Assembly: GCA_951406725.2 (NCBI GenBank)
Contig: OX597842.1
Span: 1,984,001 to 2,048,000 of the forward strand
DNA: 64,000 nucleotides
From: Octopus vulgaris
Taxonomy: Eukaryota
Direction: 5' to 3'
Within the stretch, counting starts at the first letter, position 1. Each line of letters opens with the position of its first letter. The notes below the pieces were generated by a model, which was not told the origin of the DNA, searched no databases, and worked only from the letters and a program-made list of their open reading frames with translations. Shown piece by piece: positions 1-13,894 of this stretch. The translations under genes and the position numbers were made by a program.

Positions 1-110
1 TTTGCTGAACTGCTAAATTACCAGGACATAAACACATCAGCATCAGTTGTCAAGCGATGGCAGGGGGAGGAGAGGGGCAATCAGAAACACACACAAATAC
101 ATACATACAT

Positions 111-192
<82 letters not shown>

Positions 193-895
193 AAGTATCA
201 ATTAGAGACAGAAATCTCCAAAAATTCATTAAATCAGAATATAAATTCAACCATGTCATAGAATATTATATTTAATACTTACTATTCATGTTCAAAGTTT
301 TCAACTACACATGTTTCATGAGGTTGTATACTATGTTCTTAAGCTACCCAGTCTCTTGCAGAACCTCCCCTTATACACAACCCCAAACGTCAGGTCCACC
401 TATCCCCCATTAATAACTCCATCTATCATTATATATTCCAACTTAAAATTATGGTTTAAACAGCAAGGTTCAATGAATTTATTTACACATCTATATGTTT
501 TTGACATAGTAGGAATTTACTTTAGTTTGATATACTTTTAAGTTGGAATATATAATGATAGATGGAGTTATGAACAGGGGATAGGTGGACCTGAAGATTG
601 GAGTTGTATATAAGGGGAGGTTCTGCAAGAGACTGGGTATCTTAAGGACATAGTATACAACCTCATTAAACATGCGTAGCTGAAAACTTTGAACACTAAT
701 AGTAAGTATTAGATATAATATTCTATGACATGGTTGAATTTATATTCTGATATAATGAATTTTATGGGGATTTATGTCTCTAATTGATACTTTGATATAT
801 GTATTTATCTATTGAGAATAATTCAACTTAATATTCTTAACTTGAATATCTTATCCCTGTGACACCGGAATTGATATTCCTTTAATATTATAAAA

Positions 896-936
<41 letters not shown>

Positions 937-1493
937 CAATTGGCTTCTTTCAGTTTCTGTCTACCAAATCCACTCACAATGCTTTGGTCAGCCTACAACT
1001 ATAATAGAAGACACTTGCCCAAGGTGCCTTGCAGTGGAACTAATCCTGGAACTGTGTGGCTGAGAAGCAAGCTTCTTACCACAAAGCCATGCCTGCACCT
1101 ACATGTGTGTATGTGTGTGTATATATATATATATGTACACACATACATACATATACACACACATATATATATTATTAATAGCTATCACAAGTTACAGAGA
1201 CTCAAAAGGCAAGAGTTTCACATATTAGCAATATGTACTTTCTGCCCAATAATTTTAACAATCCTTTCTACTACAGGCACAAGGCCTGAAATTTGGTGGG
1301 AGGGGGTAAGTTGATTACATTGACCCCAGTGTTTCACTGGTATTTAATTTATTGACCCCGAAAGGAGGAAAAGCAAAGTTGATCCTGAGAGCAGTTTGAC
1401 TCAGAATTTAAGGACAGAGGAAATGCCGATAAGTATTTTGAACTGCAAGCTAACAATTCCGCCAACTTGCTACTTTAATAATAATAATAATAA

Positions 1494-1712
1494 GCATTGG
1501 GTTCAATACCACCCAATCTGAAAAAAACATCTGAAAATCATAGAGAAACCCTACAATCTAGATATATAGCAAAAGTCATTGGAACTGCACACATATTGCT
1601 TAAAGTACTGTCAGTCTGAGATCCTTGTTGTGACTTGAAAAACAGCACAAACCCCCAGTACACACAATATCTTCAATCAACAACCTCACAATATTGTATA
1701 ATGTGTGATGTC
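1494..1712 (+). mobile_element. 3' end of RLE-type (R4/Dong-like) non-LTR retrotransposon in (TAA)n
   Basis: Reads ALGSIPPNLKK...QKS..GTAHILLKVLSV*, the typical C-terminus of restriction-like endonuclease LINEs. Flanked on both sides by (TAA)n. Confidence 0.7.
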
Positions 1713-1934
1713 TATAATAATAATAATAATAATAATAATAATGTGGCACGTAAAAGGTACTTGTGCCACTGCCATAGAAACAGCAGCCAGTAACCCTATA
1801 AAATGGTTGGTGTTAGGAAGTGCATCCAGCTGTAGAAACCAAGACAAACCAGACAGGAACCTGGTACAAATCTCCAGCTTACCAACCTTGGTCAAACCAT
1901 CCAACCAATGCTAGCATGGACAATGAACATTAAA

Positions 1935-2404
1935 GGATGATGATGACAATGATGGTGATGATAATAGTGGTGATGGTGACACCGATGACAACAGCAATGA
2001 TGATGATGAAGACGCGATGATGATGATGACAATGATGATGGTGGTGGTGGTGATGACACTGATGAACAACGGCAATGATGATGATGAAGATGGCGATGAC
2101 GATGATGAAGATGGCGATGATGATGATAATGGTGGTAGTGACAATGGCAATGATGATGATGATGATGAAGACAGCAATGATGATGAAGACGATGATGATG
2201 ATGATGATGAAGATGGCGATGATGATGATGACTGTGATGATGATAATGGTGACGGTGACATTGGCATTGATGATGATGATGATGAAAATGCCAATGACGA
2301 CGAAAATGATGATGATGATGGTGGTGATGACACCGATGACGATGGCAATGATGATGATGGTGAAGATGGCAATGATGATGATGATGATGATGGTGACGAT
2401 GGCA

Positions 2405-2448
<44 letters not shown>

Positions 2449-2488
2449 GATGGCAATGATGATGATAATGGTGATGGTGACGAGAACA

Positions 2489-2532
<44 letters not shown>

Positions 2533-2570
2533 GATGGCAATGATGAAGACGGCAATGATGGTGATGACAA
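1935..2570. repeat. Imperfect (GAT)n microsatellite
   Basis: GAT/GAC/GGT/AAT triplets extending from the (GAT)n tail of a family-D retroposon (1790-1945). Confidence 0.95.
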
Positions 2571-2899
2571 ATGCTGTATGAAGTTGGTCGCTATGGTCAG
2601 TACTGATTTCATTTGCGCAAAACAAAGGCTTTTGACCAAATGTAATTTAATACACTTCTGATGTTTCGGGTGAAAAGTTCAGAGCAGAGTTTCCCTGGCA
2701 GTATGGAGATTTCCTTCATCAAAGAAACTACAAGCTTTTCCGTTGCATCCCTTTGGCTGCAAGCTATGTCTGCACATTACGCAATGAAGGAAAATGCTCA
2801 ACAATTGAAGGGCAAGGCGCTAAAACATAGCATGGTTATTACTGGTTAAGTATTAGTGTCTAAGGGTTTTGTTGCTGATTAACACAAATCAGCACCAAT

Positions 2900-4366
2900 G
2901 AAATAAATCTCTGATCAAGGACGTTCCAGCTGTGACCACCCCATCTTACATTCGTACATAGTCTATCTAGGACTACCTTATATAATGTATAGTATAGTAG
3001 TTGGTATTAGTGGCTATAATTGTTGTTGTTACTGTTGTTGTTGTTGTTGTTGTTTAGCCCCAGGTAAGTCCTGATCCAGCAGACCTATGATCGAAGATGT
3101 TCCAGCTGTGACCATCCCATCTTTTATTCAGACACAGTCTATCTAGGACTGCATTATCTAATGTACAGTATAGTAATTAGTGATAATAGATAATAATAAT
3201 AATAATGTTGTTGTTGTTGTTGTTGTTGTTGGTCTTCTTCTTCTTCTTCTTCTTCTTCTTCCAATCAGGGCTCACGCCATTAGCCACAAAGAATAATCTC
3301 TAATTTGAGCCTACTCTAAGCTACTAAGAATGCGTGTGGCAACTTGAAGATCCACCCACCACATGTGATAGACTGGCGGTTGCATGGGTGCGAAAGCTAC
3401 ATTGTTATCCTCATTCTTTTAATGAGGTGGCTTTTAATGGGTGGAGAGCTGAACCATCCTGGGTTACAAAGGATTTGCAATCTAGACAAGGGTCTGAAAG
3501 TTTTACCACACCATAGTGGGTTACACCATGGTTCCTCTGCTTTGTGGCAGAAGTAGGAAGAAAGAGTGAGAGAAAGTTGTGGTGAAAGAGTACAGTGGGG
3601 TTCAACACCCCACCCCCAGTCCACCGAAGCCTCGTGGAGCTTAGGTGTTTTTGCTCAATAAACACTCACAATGCCCGGTCTGGGAATCGAAACCACGTTC
3701 TTATGACTGTGAGTCCGCTGCCCTAACCACTGGGCCAGTGCGCCTCCTCTGATGCTGTTGTTGTTGCTTAACCCCCAGGTCATTCCTGATCCAGCAGATC
3801 ATTAATCAAGATGTTCCAACTGTGACCATCCCATCTTTTATTCAGACATAGTGTATCTAGGATTACATTATCTAATGTATCATATACAAACATGGGTCTT
3901 GTGTGGAAGGAATGTTCTCATTGCTCTCTTCTGCTTAGTGATTGCCAATGTGGGTACATGCTTCTTGACCCTACGGGGTCAGCAAGTCAAAACAGCAGTG
4001 CCCCAGCATGGTCGCAGCTTTCAGCTGGAACCGATAAAAGAATATACTAGTTAGTATTTGCAGCTATTTTTGTTTAGCCCCAGGTCAGTCATGATCCAGA
4101 AGATCTATGATCAAAGATGTTCCAACTGTGAACATCCCCATCTATTTTACTTTTTTTACACTTTTACTTGATTCAGTCATTTGACTGCGGCCATGCTGGA
4201 GCACCGCCTTTACTCGAGCAAATGGACCCCAGGACTTATTCTTTGTAAGCCTAGTACTTATTCTATCGGTCTCTTCTGCCAAACCGCTAAGTTACAGGGA
4301 TGTAAACACACCAGCATTGGTTGTCAAGCGATGTTGGGAGAGGGACAAACACAGACACACAAACAT

Positions 4367-4403
<37 letters not shown>

Positions 4404-4441
4404 AAAAATTTCTATTGAATTTTTTGCTACCCTTATATTGA

Positions 4442-4483
<42 letters not shown>

Positions 4484-4800
4484 TACAACAGGCTTTTTCA
4501 GTTTCCGTCTACCACATCCACTCACAAGGCTTTGGTCAGTCCGAGGCCATAGTAGAATAAACTTGCCCAAGGTGCCACGCAGTGGGACTGAACCCGGAAC
4601 CATGTGGTTCATAAGCAACCTACTTACCACACAGCCACTCCTGCACCTATTATTCAAACACAGTGTATCAAGGACTACATTAATTCATAGTACAGTTAGT
4701 AAAAGTGGCTATGCCAGTTGTTTTTTAGCCCCAGGATAATCCTGATCCAGCAGACAGACCTATGATCAAAGATACCCAAGACATGGCCATCCAATCTTAT
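2900..4800. repeat. Locally repeated element of about 110 bp (5 copies)
   Basis: GCCCCAGGT..TCCTGATCCAGCAGACCTATGATCAAAGATGTTCCAGCTGTGACCATCCCATC recurs near 2910, 3055, 3770, 4075 and 4727. Confidence 0.75.
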
Positions 4801-5543
4801 ACATATATATATTGCACAAGGGGCTACATACATATACAAGGACAGACAAACGGATCTAAGTCATATACATATATGCACACAGTGCATAACATACATATAC
4901 ATATATGCACCCCGAAAGGATGAAAGGCAAAGTCATACCTCGGCGGAATTTTTAATATAAACACACATACAGACATAACAATACATTTCACACACGGCGT
5001 GCTACATGTTTCATACAGCCCACACACACAAGCACTTAAACACATGATCACATGCACATACACAAGCAAACACATACACACATACATAAACATACACACA
5101 TACATAAACATACACACACACCCACACGATGGGTTTCTTTTAGTTTCCATCTACCAAATATATAACGTTTCTGCCAGCTCAGAAAGACATTATATCTAGT
5201 AACGTACCTTACCTAATGTGACCTTCATTGTTTTAACACACTAAAGTTCAAGTGACACATAGCAGCTATTTCTAGCATGTCTAACAAAACAGGACTTCTT
5301 CCTCCCCGCCACTGCCCTGTTTGTTAATCCAATGCTATGATAAATTGCTACTGAATGCTATCATGTGACATGCACTAATCCATCACACGGGGAGAGCATT
5401 GTGGGATACAGTGTAGGGAGAAAAGTGTGGTCCCTACCTTCACCCCCTGCTTCATGCCAATGTACCCCCCACCCTGGCACACTCTGCAGCCCTTTCTGCT
5501 ACAAGATTATCAACTGGCACTAACATCAACCATATGTATACTA

Positions 5544-5582
<39 letters not shown>

Positions 5583-6614
5583 CATCACACATATACAAAC
5601 TATATGTATGTATGTATGTATGTGTGTATGTATGTATGTATGTATGCGTATATGTATATATGCATATATGTATGTATGTATGTATGCATATATGTGTGTA
5701 TGTATGTGTGTGTGTATGTATGTATGTGTGTATGTATGTATGAATGATGTATGTATGTACGTACATAGATACATATACATATTTAGTGAGGTATTTCTGT
5801 GTTATCTATATATCTATATGTGTGTATGTATATATATATACATACATACACATATATTGTAAAACCACACATGCATGCATACACACAAATATATATATGG
5901 ATATGTATATATGTGTATGTATGTGTTTAAATCTATAGACACACACATAGATATTTGTATGTGTACACACATACACATATACATACAACTATTACATACC
6001 ATTAATTCTTTCTATACATACTTATATATACATATATATATATATATATGCACACATCTACATACACACACACATATACATACACACATATATACTACAT
6101 TTTTAATATAAACACACATACAGACATAGCAATGCATACACACACACACATAAAGCATATACACGAGCATACACATATACACACACTTAAACATATGATC
6201 ACATGCACATACATAAACACACACACACACACATATACACACACATATACACACATGCATACATGCTGAGCTGAGGTACTATTACTTCTGCTTAGTAACA
6301 TTTGATGACGGATCAGAAGGGTACTCGGGGTGGGGGGGGGCCGTTGGTGGGGGGGATGGGTTGGACTTTGAGGGGTTAAAGTTTAAAAGTTTTCATCTCC
6401 ATTAAAGCAAGCATTTATCCCAAATCCCCCCCCCCGTCTCCTCCCCCCCCCCACCCCCACAAGACATATAGACATACATGTGTATATGCGATGGTTGCGG
6501 TGGTGGGATGAGGGGGTGGACAAGTAGACACAACAAATTGATCGTGGTCGACTTCATAAACCATCTCATTTTACTCGGAGAGTAATCATTCTCTCTTTGT
6601 TTGTTTAATAATAT

Positions 6615-6739
6615 TGTTGCCGCTGTTGTTGTTCTTGTTGCTATTGTTGTTGTTGTTGTTGGAGCTGCTGCTACTGTTCTTGTTAGTTGACGATATTGAT
6701 GATGACGATGATGATGATGATGGTGATGATGATGATGAA

Positions 6740-6776
<37 letters not shown>

Positions 6777-6832
6777 GCGATGGTGATGATGATGATGACG
6801 ATGATGATGATGATGGTGATGATGATGATGAA

Positions 6833-6864
<32 letters not shown>

Positions 6865-7004
6865 CAATGGTGACGATGATGATGATTATGATGATAATGA
6901 TGACGATGATGATGATGATGGTGATGGTGATGATGATGATGATGATGGCGATGGTGATGATGATTATGAAGATGATGATGATGGTGATGATGATGATTAT
7001 GAAG

Positions 7005-7037
<33 letters not shown>

Positions 7038-7061
7038 ATGAAGATGACTATGATGATGACA

Positions 7062-7094
<33 letters not shown>

Positions 7095-7325
7095 ATGAAG
7101 ATGACTATGATGATGACGATGATGATGATGATGATGATGATTATGATGATGATGGTGATGATGACAATGATGACGATGATGATGACGATTATGATGATGA
7201 TGATGTTGTTGTTGCAGTTGTTGTTGTTGTAGTTGTTGCTGTTGCTACGGTTCTGGCTATCATTCTTTTCGGAATTGTTGTTGTTGTTGCTGTTGTTTCT
7301 GCTGTGGTTGTTGTTGTTATTGCTG
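6615..7325. repeat. (GTT)n-(GAT)n-(GTT)n compound microsatellite
   Basis: Direct inspection. Confidence 0.95.
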
Positions 7326-7599
7326 TCAGTGTCCTGTTGATATTCTTTCAGCTTCCCAGGTTAAACCGTAAGCATTTCTATATTTGTTTGATTGATTAGC
7401 AGCGTTGCGCTCATAACCAGAAGATCCCCGGTTCAATTCCTGGCCCTGGAACAGCACATTGAATCCTTAAGCAAGACAATCTATTTCACACTGCTCCAGC
7501 CTGCCCAGACACCCAAGTGCTTGCTTATTTCATCTGCAGTTACGTCTACTCCAGTCCTCTCTCCTTCCACTTTCCTGAATGAGCAAAATCCTGGCACCA

Positions 7600-9147
7600 A
7601 CATTGTGGACAATAAAGAAATAAGACATCTTTAGCATTACTCCGAATGAAATGCTCAGCTGTAAATGTGTACCATCTGCAGTTACGTCCTGAGTTCAAAT
7701 TCCGCCGAGGTCAACTTGTGGACAATAAAGAAATAAGAATCTTTAGCACGCCGAATGAAATGCTTAGCTGTATTTCATCTGCAGTTACGTCCTGAGTTCA
7801 AATTCCGCCGAGGTCAACTTGTGGACAATAAAGAAATAAGAATCTTTAGCACGCCGAATGAAATGCTTAGCTGTATTTCATCTGCAGTTACGTTCTGAGT
7901 TCAAATTCTGAATGAGCGAGGTCAACTTGTGGACAATAAAGAAATAAGAATCTTTAGCACGCCGAATGAAATGCTTAGCTGTATTTCATCTGCAGTTACG
8001 TCCTGAGTTCAAATTCCGCCGAGGTCAACTTGTGGACAATAAAGAAATAAGAATCTTTAGCACGCCGAATGAAATGCTTAGCTGTATTTCATCTGCAGTT
8101 ACGTCCTGAGTTCAAATTCCGCCGAGGTCAACTTGTGGACAATAAAGAAATAAGAATCTTTAGCACGCCGAATGAAATGCTTAGCTGTATTTCATCTGCA
8201 GTTACGTTCTGAGTTCAAATTCCGCCGAGGTCAACTTGTGGACAATAAAGAATCTTTAGCACGCCGAATAAGAATTTCAATCTGCAGTTACGTCTGAGCA
8301 CGCCGAATGAAATGCTTAGCTGTATTTCATCTGCAGTTACGTCCTGAGTTCAAATTCCGCCGAGGTCAACTTGTGGACAATAAAGAAATAAGAATCTTTA
8401 GCACGCCGAATGAAATGCTTAGCTGTATTTCATCTGCAGTTACGTTCTGAGTTCAACAAGCAGTGAGTCACCTAAGGGACAGGGGAAAGGTCTACACCTG
8501 CTCATGATAATAAAGGCACCTAATGCTTAGCTGTATTTCATCTGCAGTTACGTCCTGAGTTCAAATTCCGCCGAGGTCCGCCGAGGTCAACTTGTGGACA
8601 ATAAAGAAATAAGAATCTTTAGCACGCCGAATGAAATGCTTAGCTGTATTTCATCTGCAGTTACGTTCAAATTCTCGAGGTCCTGAGTTCAAATTCCGCC
8701 GAGGTCAACTTGTGGACAATAAAGAAATAAGAATCTTTAGCACGCCGAATGAAATGCTTAGCTGTATTTCATCTGCAGTTACGTCCTGAGTTCAAATTCC
8801 GCCGAGGTCAACTTGTGGACAATAAAGAAATAAGAATCTTTAGCACGCCGAATGAAATGCTTAGCTGTATTTCATCTGCAGTTACGTCCTGAGTTCAAAT
8901 TCCGCCGAGGTCAACTTGTGGACAATAAAGAAATAAGAATCTTTAGCACGCCGAATGAAATGCTTAGCTGTATTTCATCTGCAGTTACGTCCTGAGTTCA
9001 AATTCCGCCGAGGTCAACTTGTGGACAATAAAGAAATAAGAATCTTTAGCATGCCGAATGAAATGCTTAGCTGTATTTCATCTGCAGTTACGTTCTGAGT
9101 TCAAATTCCGCCGAGGTCAACTTGTGGACAATAAAGAAATAAGAAAT
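7600..9147 (+). repeat. 103-bp tandem satellite derived from an internally deleted family-B SINE
   Basis: About 14-15 near-identical units TTTAGCACGCCGAATGAAATGC...GAGTTCAAATTCCGCCGAGGTCAACTT|GTGGACAATAAAGAAATAAGAATC. Period measured 7741 to 7844 and 7952 to 8055. Confidence 0.92.
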
Positions 9148-9461
9148 AATGTCCATGCCTTTTGTAGTTCTTTCTGAAAAAAAAAATTGTGAAATTGATA
9201 CCATTGATGTTCCACTTAGTGGCAAGCTGGTAGAATCCTTACCAATGATTCTTTCAACCCTTTACATTCTGAGTTCAAATTCCAGGAAGGTCAACTTTGC
9301 ATTTTGTCCTTTGTGAGATCAATGAAGTAAGGTAACAAACAAGAACTGGTCTTGAAGGAATCAACTGGACCCCTCCTCTCAAAATTGCTAGCTTTGTGCA
9401 AAAATGAGAAAGAATTAATGTTCGGCTTAAAGTGTGGTCCAAAAAGGGAAAAAGGAAGAAT

Positions 9462-9849
9462 AGGAGTGGCTGTGTGGTAAGTAGCTTGCTAAACAACCAC
9501 ATGGTTCCGGGTTCAGTCCCACTGCGTGGCATCTTGGGCAAGTGTCTTCTACTATAGCCCCGGGCCGACCAATGCCTTGCGAGTGGATTTGGTAGACTGA
9601 AACTGAAAGAAGCCTGTCGTATATATGTATGTGTGTATGTTTGTGTGTGTGTGTTTGTCACCCTAGCATTGCTTGACAACCGATGCTGGTGTGTTTACGT
9701 CCCCATCACTTAGCGGTTCGGCAAAAGAGACCAATAGAATAAGTACTGGGCTTACAAAGAATAAGTCCCGGGGTCGATTTGCTCGACTAAAGGCGGTGCT
9801 CCAGCATGGCCGCAGTCAAATGACTGAAACAAGTAAAAGAGTAAAGAGA
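9462..9849 (+). mobile_element. tRNA-derived CORE-like SINE, family A (representative)
   Basis: A-box TGGCTGTGTGG, B-box GGTTCAGTCCC, CORE-like CTTGGGCAAGTG, internal (TA)/(TG) tract and AAAGAGT tail. Other + copies: 10166-10558, 13891-14283, 15524-16140, 29433-29840, 31978-32395, 41439-41851, 42073-42690, 56833-57285, 57672-58095. Minus copies: 4150-4647, 18782-19371, 30905-31280, 42940-43578, 51165-51508. Confidence 0.9.
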
Positions 9850-11983
9850 GTCAGGTCAAGTCAGATTGCTCAATCGGTTGCTTGGTTGGATGCTGGTAGA
9901 GTAGCTATGATGGTAATAATGGCAGAGGTTGAGTAAGAGAGGGAGTTAAAGCAAACATGCAAGAGAAAGAGCACAACAAGGAAAGTTAGGAAAATGAAGA
10001 TGGTATGGATTCCAAGGAAGAGAAGGAAAACATTTATGATTGCAGCTAAGTTTGTGACATCACTGCATCTTTGGTTACCTCATTCTCTCATTCCTCACAC
10101 TCTTTCTCTGAAGAAGTTTTCAAGAAGGTTCTAGTATATAAAATAATAACAGCATAACTAACTATAGGCGCAGGAGTGGCTGTGTGGTAAGTAGCATGTT
10201 TACCAACCACATGGTTCCGGGTTCAGTCCCACTGCGTGGCACCTTGGGCAAGTGTCTTCTACTATAGCCTCGGACCGACCAAAGCTTTGTGAGTGGATTT
10301 GGTAGACGGAAACTGAAATAAGCCCGTCGTGTATATGTATATATATATATATATGCGTGTGTGTGTTTGTCCTCCTGGGCATTGCTTGACAACCGATGCT
10401 GGTATGTTTATATCCCCGTTACCTAGCGGTTCGGCAAAAGAGACCGATAGAGTAAGTACTGGGCTTACAAAAGAATAAGTTCCGGGGTCGAGTTGCTCAA
10501 TTAAAGGCGGTGCTCCAGCATGGCCGCAGTCAAATGACTGAAACAAGTAAAAGAGTAACTAAAAGTATTAGTTTACAACAAGAAAGTAATATAATGCTAA
10601 GATATTATATTATATAGTATATATAGGTGCAGTCTGGCTGTGCTTCTCAAACAGATGGTTCTGGGTTCAATCTCACTGTGTGGCACCTTCAGCAAGTGTC
10701 TTCTAATTATACACTTAAGGTAGTTCTTAAAGAATATCCAGCATCACCACTTATTACTTTCAAACCTGGTACTTATTCTATCAGTCTCTTTTGCTGAACT
10801 GTTGAGTTATGGGTACATAAATACACCAATACCAGATGTTAAGCAGTGGGGAGAGACAAACAGACACAAATGTGGAGACCCCCTTCGGTCACGAATGACC
10901 ATGGGATTGCACCTAGAAAGTTACTTTCCCAGGCACAAATCTGGGCAAGGTTATTTATTGAAGACCAGCAGTCGACCATGCATACCAGCCTCCCCTCTCC
11001 ACACCACCAGTGTTATCCAAGGGAAAGGCAAAGGGGCCAATACAGCTTGGCACCTGTGAAGTCACAACTCATTTCTACAGCTGAGTGAACTGGAGCAACA
11101 TGAAATAAAGTCTTTTGTTCAAGAACACAACACACAGCCTGGCTCAGGAATCGAACTCACTACCTCATGATCGTAAGCTCGACACTCTAACCACTGAGCC
11201 ATGTGCCTTCACTATATATATATATATATCTTACTTGCTTCAGTCATTAGACTGCAGCCATATATATATATATATATATATCTTTCATCTTTTACTTGTT
11301 TCAGTCATATGATTGTGGCCATGCTGGGGCACCATCTTGAAGAATTTTTAGTTGAATGAATCTACCCCAGTACTTATGTTATGCTTTTTAATCTGGTATA
11401 TATTCCATCAGTTCTTAGGCTGAACCCCTAAGTCACAGGGACATAAACGCTTCAATAGCAGTTGTCAAGCGACTCGTTTCTACAGCTGAGTGAACTGGAG
11501 CAACATGAAATAAAGTGTCTTGCTTAAGAACACAACATGCAGCCCGGTCCGGGATTCAAACTCATAACCTCACAATCGTAAGCTCGACACTAACCACTGA
11601 GCCATGCACCTTCACTACACAAATGCACACATATGTAAATGTGTGTGTGTGTGTGTGTGTGTCTGTGTGTGCAATTTAAAATAAACAGAAAATGGAGAAA
11701 TATTGATCAACAACAATTGATTTACATTATTATCAATTATTTCTTAGTTCAATACAAATAGACTGTATCCCATATATATATATATGTATCTATGTACGTA
11801 TGTATATACATATGTGTATATATAAGAAATGGAGTTGAACACGTGTTATTCAAATCCTCATACACATTTAAAGAACGTGTTTATCTTTGCAAACATTGGC
11901 AAAAACATGCTTTTATTTCCCATAAGTAACTTCTACCAATCTATAAAATTCGACTTACATTTCATTTCCATTACATATATCTA

Positions 11984-12381
11984 CAAGCAGTATCGCCCGG
12001 CGTTGCTCGGGTTTGTAAGGGAAATAACTATATAAGCATTTTTAGAGATGTAAAGTATAATAGCCATCTCAATATGGTTAACCACAAAGGGGGGCGGTGT
12101 TACTGTAGCTTTTTATGTTCTGAGATTTAATAATAAATTTTTAGAGAGTTACTTCCCTTATATATGCCAAAAATGCATTAAAAATGGGAAAAATTGATGG
12201 TAAATTTTTTTTTAAATCATAGACTCATCGTAAATGCGCGCTAATACCCAGAAGGGCTCGATATGAATCAGGACTATAAGATACCCGGTTTTGGTTAAAC
12301 TGCACCGCAAAATGTGGGAGTAGTTAGGAATCTAAATCGTAGGAGACAGACAGCACACAACCTCACTTTTATATATAAAGA
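11984..12381 (-). mobile_element. Non-autonomous Helitron (same family as 12663-13059, opposite orientation)
   Basis: Reverse complement of the 12663 element. 5' TC at 12381-12380; 3' hairpin followed by CTTG (mutated CTAG). Confidence 0.8.
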
Positions 12382-12662
12382 TTTACATGCCTTTAAGCTT
12401 TATTCCCACTCATCTGTCGCACAATATTTCTCCACTCTTAATTTTCTGTTAATTTCTTTCTTTCTCCTCCTCATCTTTCTCTAAATTGCCTTTGACGTTA
12501 AAACTATTAACGGCTTTTAAAAAAATAACTTGCGGTAATCACATTCGATTAAAATGTCTTATTGATGTGTTTTGTTTGATCTTTTTACCCTGATGAGATG
12601 CAGCACAAAGTTTTGTCAGTGAACAGGTTGCAGTCTCAAAGCGACGAAAATATTTTGACAAA

Positions 12663-13059
12663 TCTTTATATATAAAAGTAAGGTTGTGTGTCTGTCTCCT
12701 ACAATTTAGATTCCTAACTACTCCCACATTTTGCGGTGCAGTTTAACCAAAACCGGGTATCTTATAGTCGTGATTCATATCGAGCCCTTCTGAGTATTAG
12801 CGCGCATCTACGATGAGTCTACGATTTAGAAAAAAATTTACCATCATTTTTTTCATTTTAATGCATTTTTTCGCTATTATATAAGGGAAGTAACTCTCTA
12901 AAAATGTCTATGATGAGTCAACGATTTAAAAAAAAAATTACCATCATTTTTTTTCCATTTTTAATGCATTTGTTTGCTATTTTTTGGCTATAACTCTCTA
13001 AAAATGCTTATATAGTTATTTCCCTTACAAACCCGAGCAACGCCAGGCGATACTGCTAG
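12663..13059 (+). mobile_element. Non-autonomous Helitron
   Basis: A|TCTTTATATATAAAA 5' end, subterminal hairpin CCCGAGCAACGCCAGG and CTAG|T 3' end, with no TSD. Confidence 0.85.
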
Positions 13060-13846
13060 TTCAATATGAATGTTGAAGTGAATCTAACGGTTTTGTGTGT
13101 TTCTTAAATGGCTTATAAACACCTTCCACGCTGCAATTGTTTTCTTTCCAGCACACGATCTCAGATCAAATCACTTGCTATGCAAGTACATCTCTGATGA
13201 TTACATTCTTTTACATCATTTTATTCCCCCAGGAATAATACCAATGTTTTCTTCGAAACATATGTCGGAAGTATAAAGATTTGAATAACACCTGCATTTA
13301 ACTCCATTTCTTAATTTATCTATGTCATACAAAAACATTTCACTAAACCCTGGAATTTCAACCTTTATAAGTAGGTTGTAACATTTCTGGAACTTAAGTG
13401 AATTTTTGCTACCCTTTTCCATCTGACTATTAACACTCTAACAGCGTCCTTAATTGATATTATGTTAAACAGTCGTATGTCCAAATTTGTCCAAATGCGT
13501 TTTTTTTCAATATTTATTTTTGTTTGCAATAGCCAGTTCTTTTGGTTAAACTATTGTATCTCCAGTTGCTTCAGATGCCAAGATATCAAAAATTGTCAAA
13601 GTCTGGGACAATGGTTTTCTTTGGAACAATGAAACTATTTTTCCGTTTTCTGAAAAAGCAGCATTTTGGACTTACAACACTTTAGCGTAATAGCAACAGT
13701 ATACATATTTATGTAGATATGTAAATGTGTGTGTGTATATGTATATATGTGTGTATATATACATATATATAGATATGTATATATGTAATATATATTTATA
13801 GATAAGTATATATATATGTATATATATATTTATAGATAAGTATATA

Positions 13847-13894
<48 letters not shown>

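Noticed and set aside
1911-2661. Poly-Asp, poly-Ser and poly-Met ORFs (also 6586-7399), resembling acidic biomineralisation proteins
   Set aside because: (GAT)n microsatellites open in most frames. The first extends from a retroposon tail; no signal peptide or credible exon structure.
7391-7448. tRNA gene
   Set aside because: tRNA-like head with a B-box, but followed by a CORE-like SINE body and lacking a paired acceptor stem.
7600-9147. CRISPR-like regular array
   Set aside because: No unique spacers, units derive from a SINE, eukaryotic context, no cas genes.
9275-9679. Recurrent ORFs with FSFRLPNPLTR...[27 protein letters not shown]
   Set aside because: Antisense translation of SINE family A, recurring many times.
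12590-12660. Hammerhead at CTGATGA 12590
   Set aside because: A stem II-like pairing exists but there is no GAAA in register and no stem I partner.
13216-13650. Unique-looking segment as a possible exon (also 2580-2850)
   Set aside because: No recognisable homology, stops in the frames following the candidate acceptor, and no PGPGxY motif linking it to STPG2.
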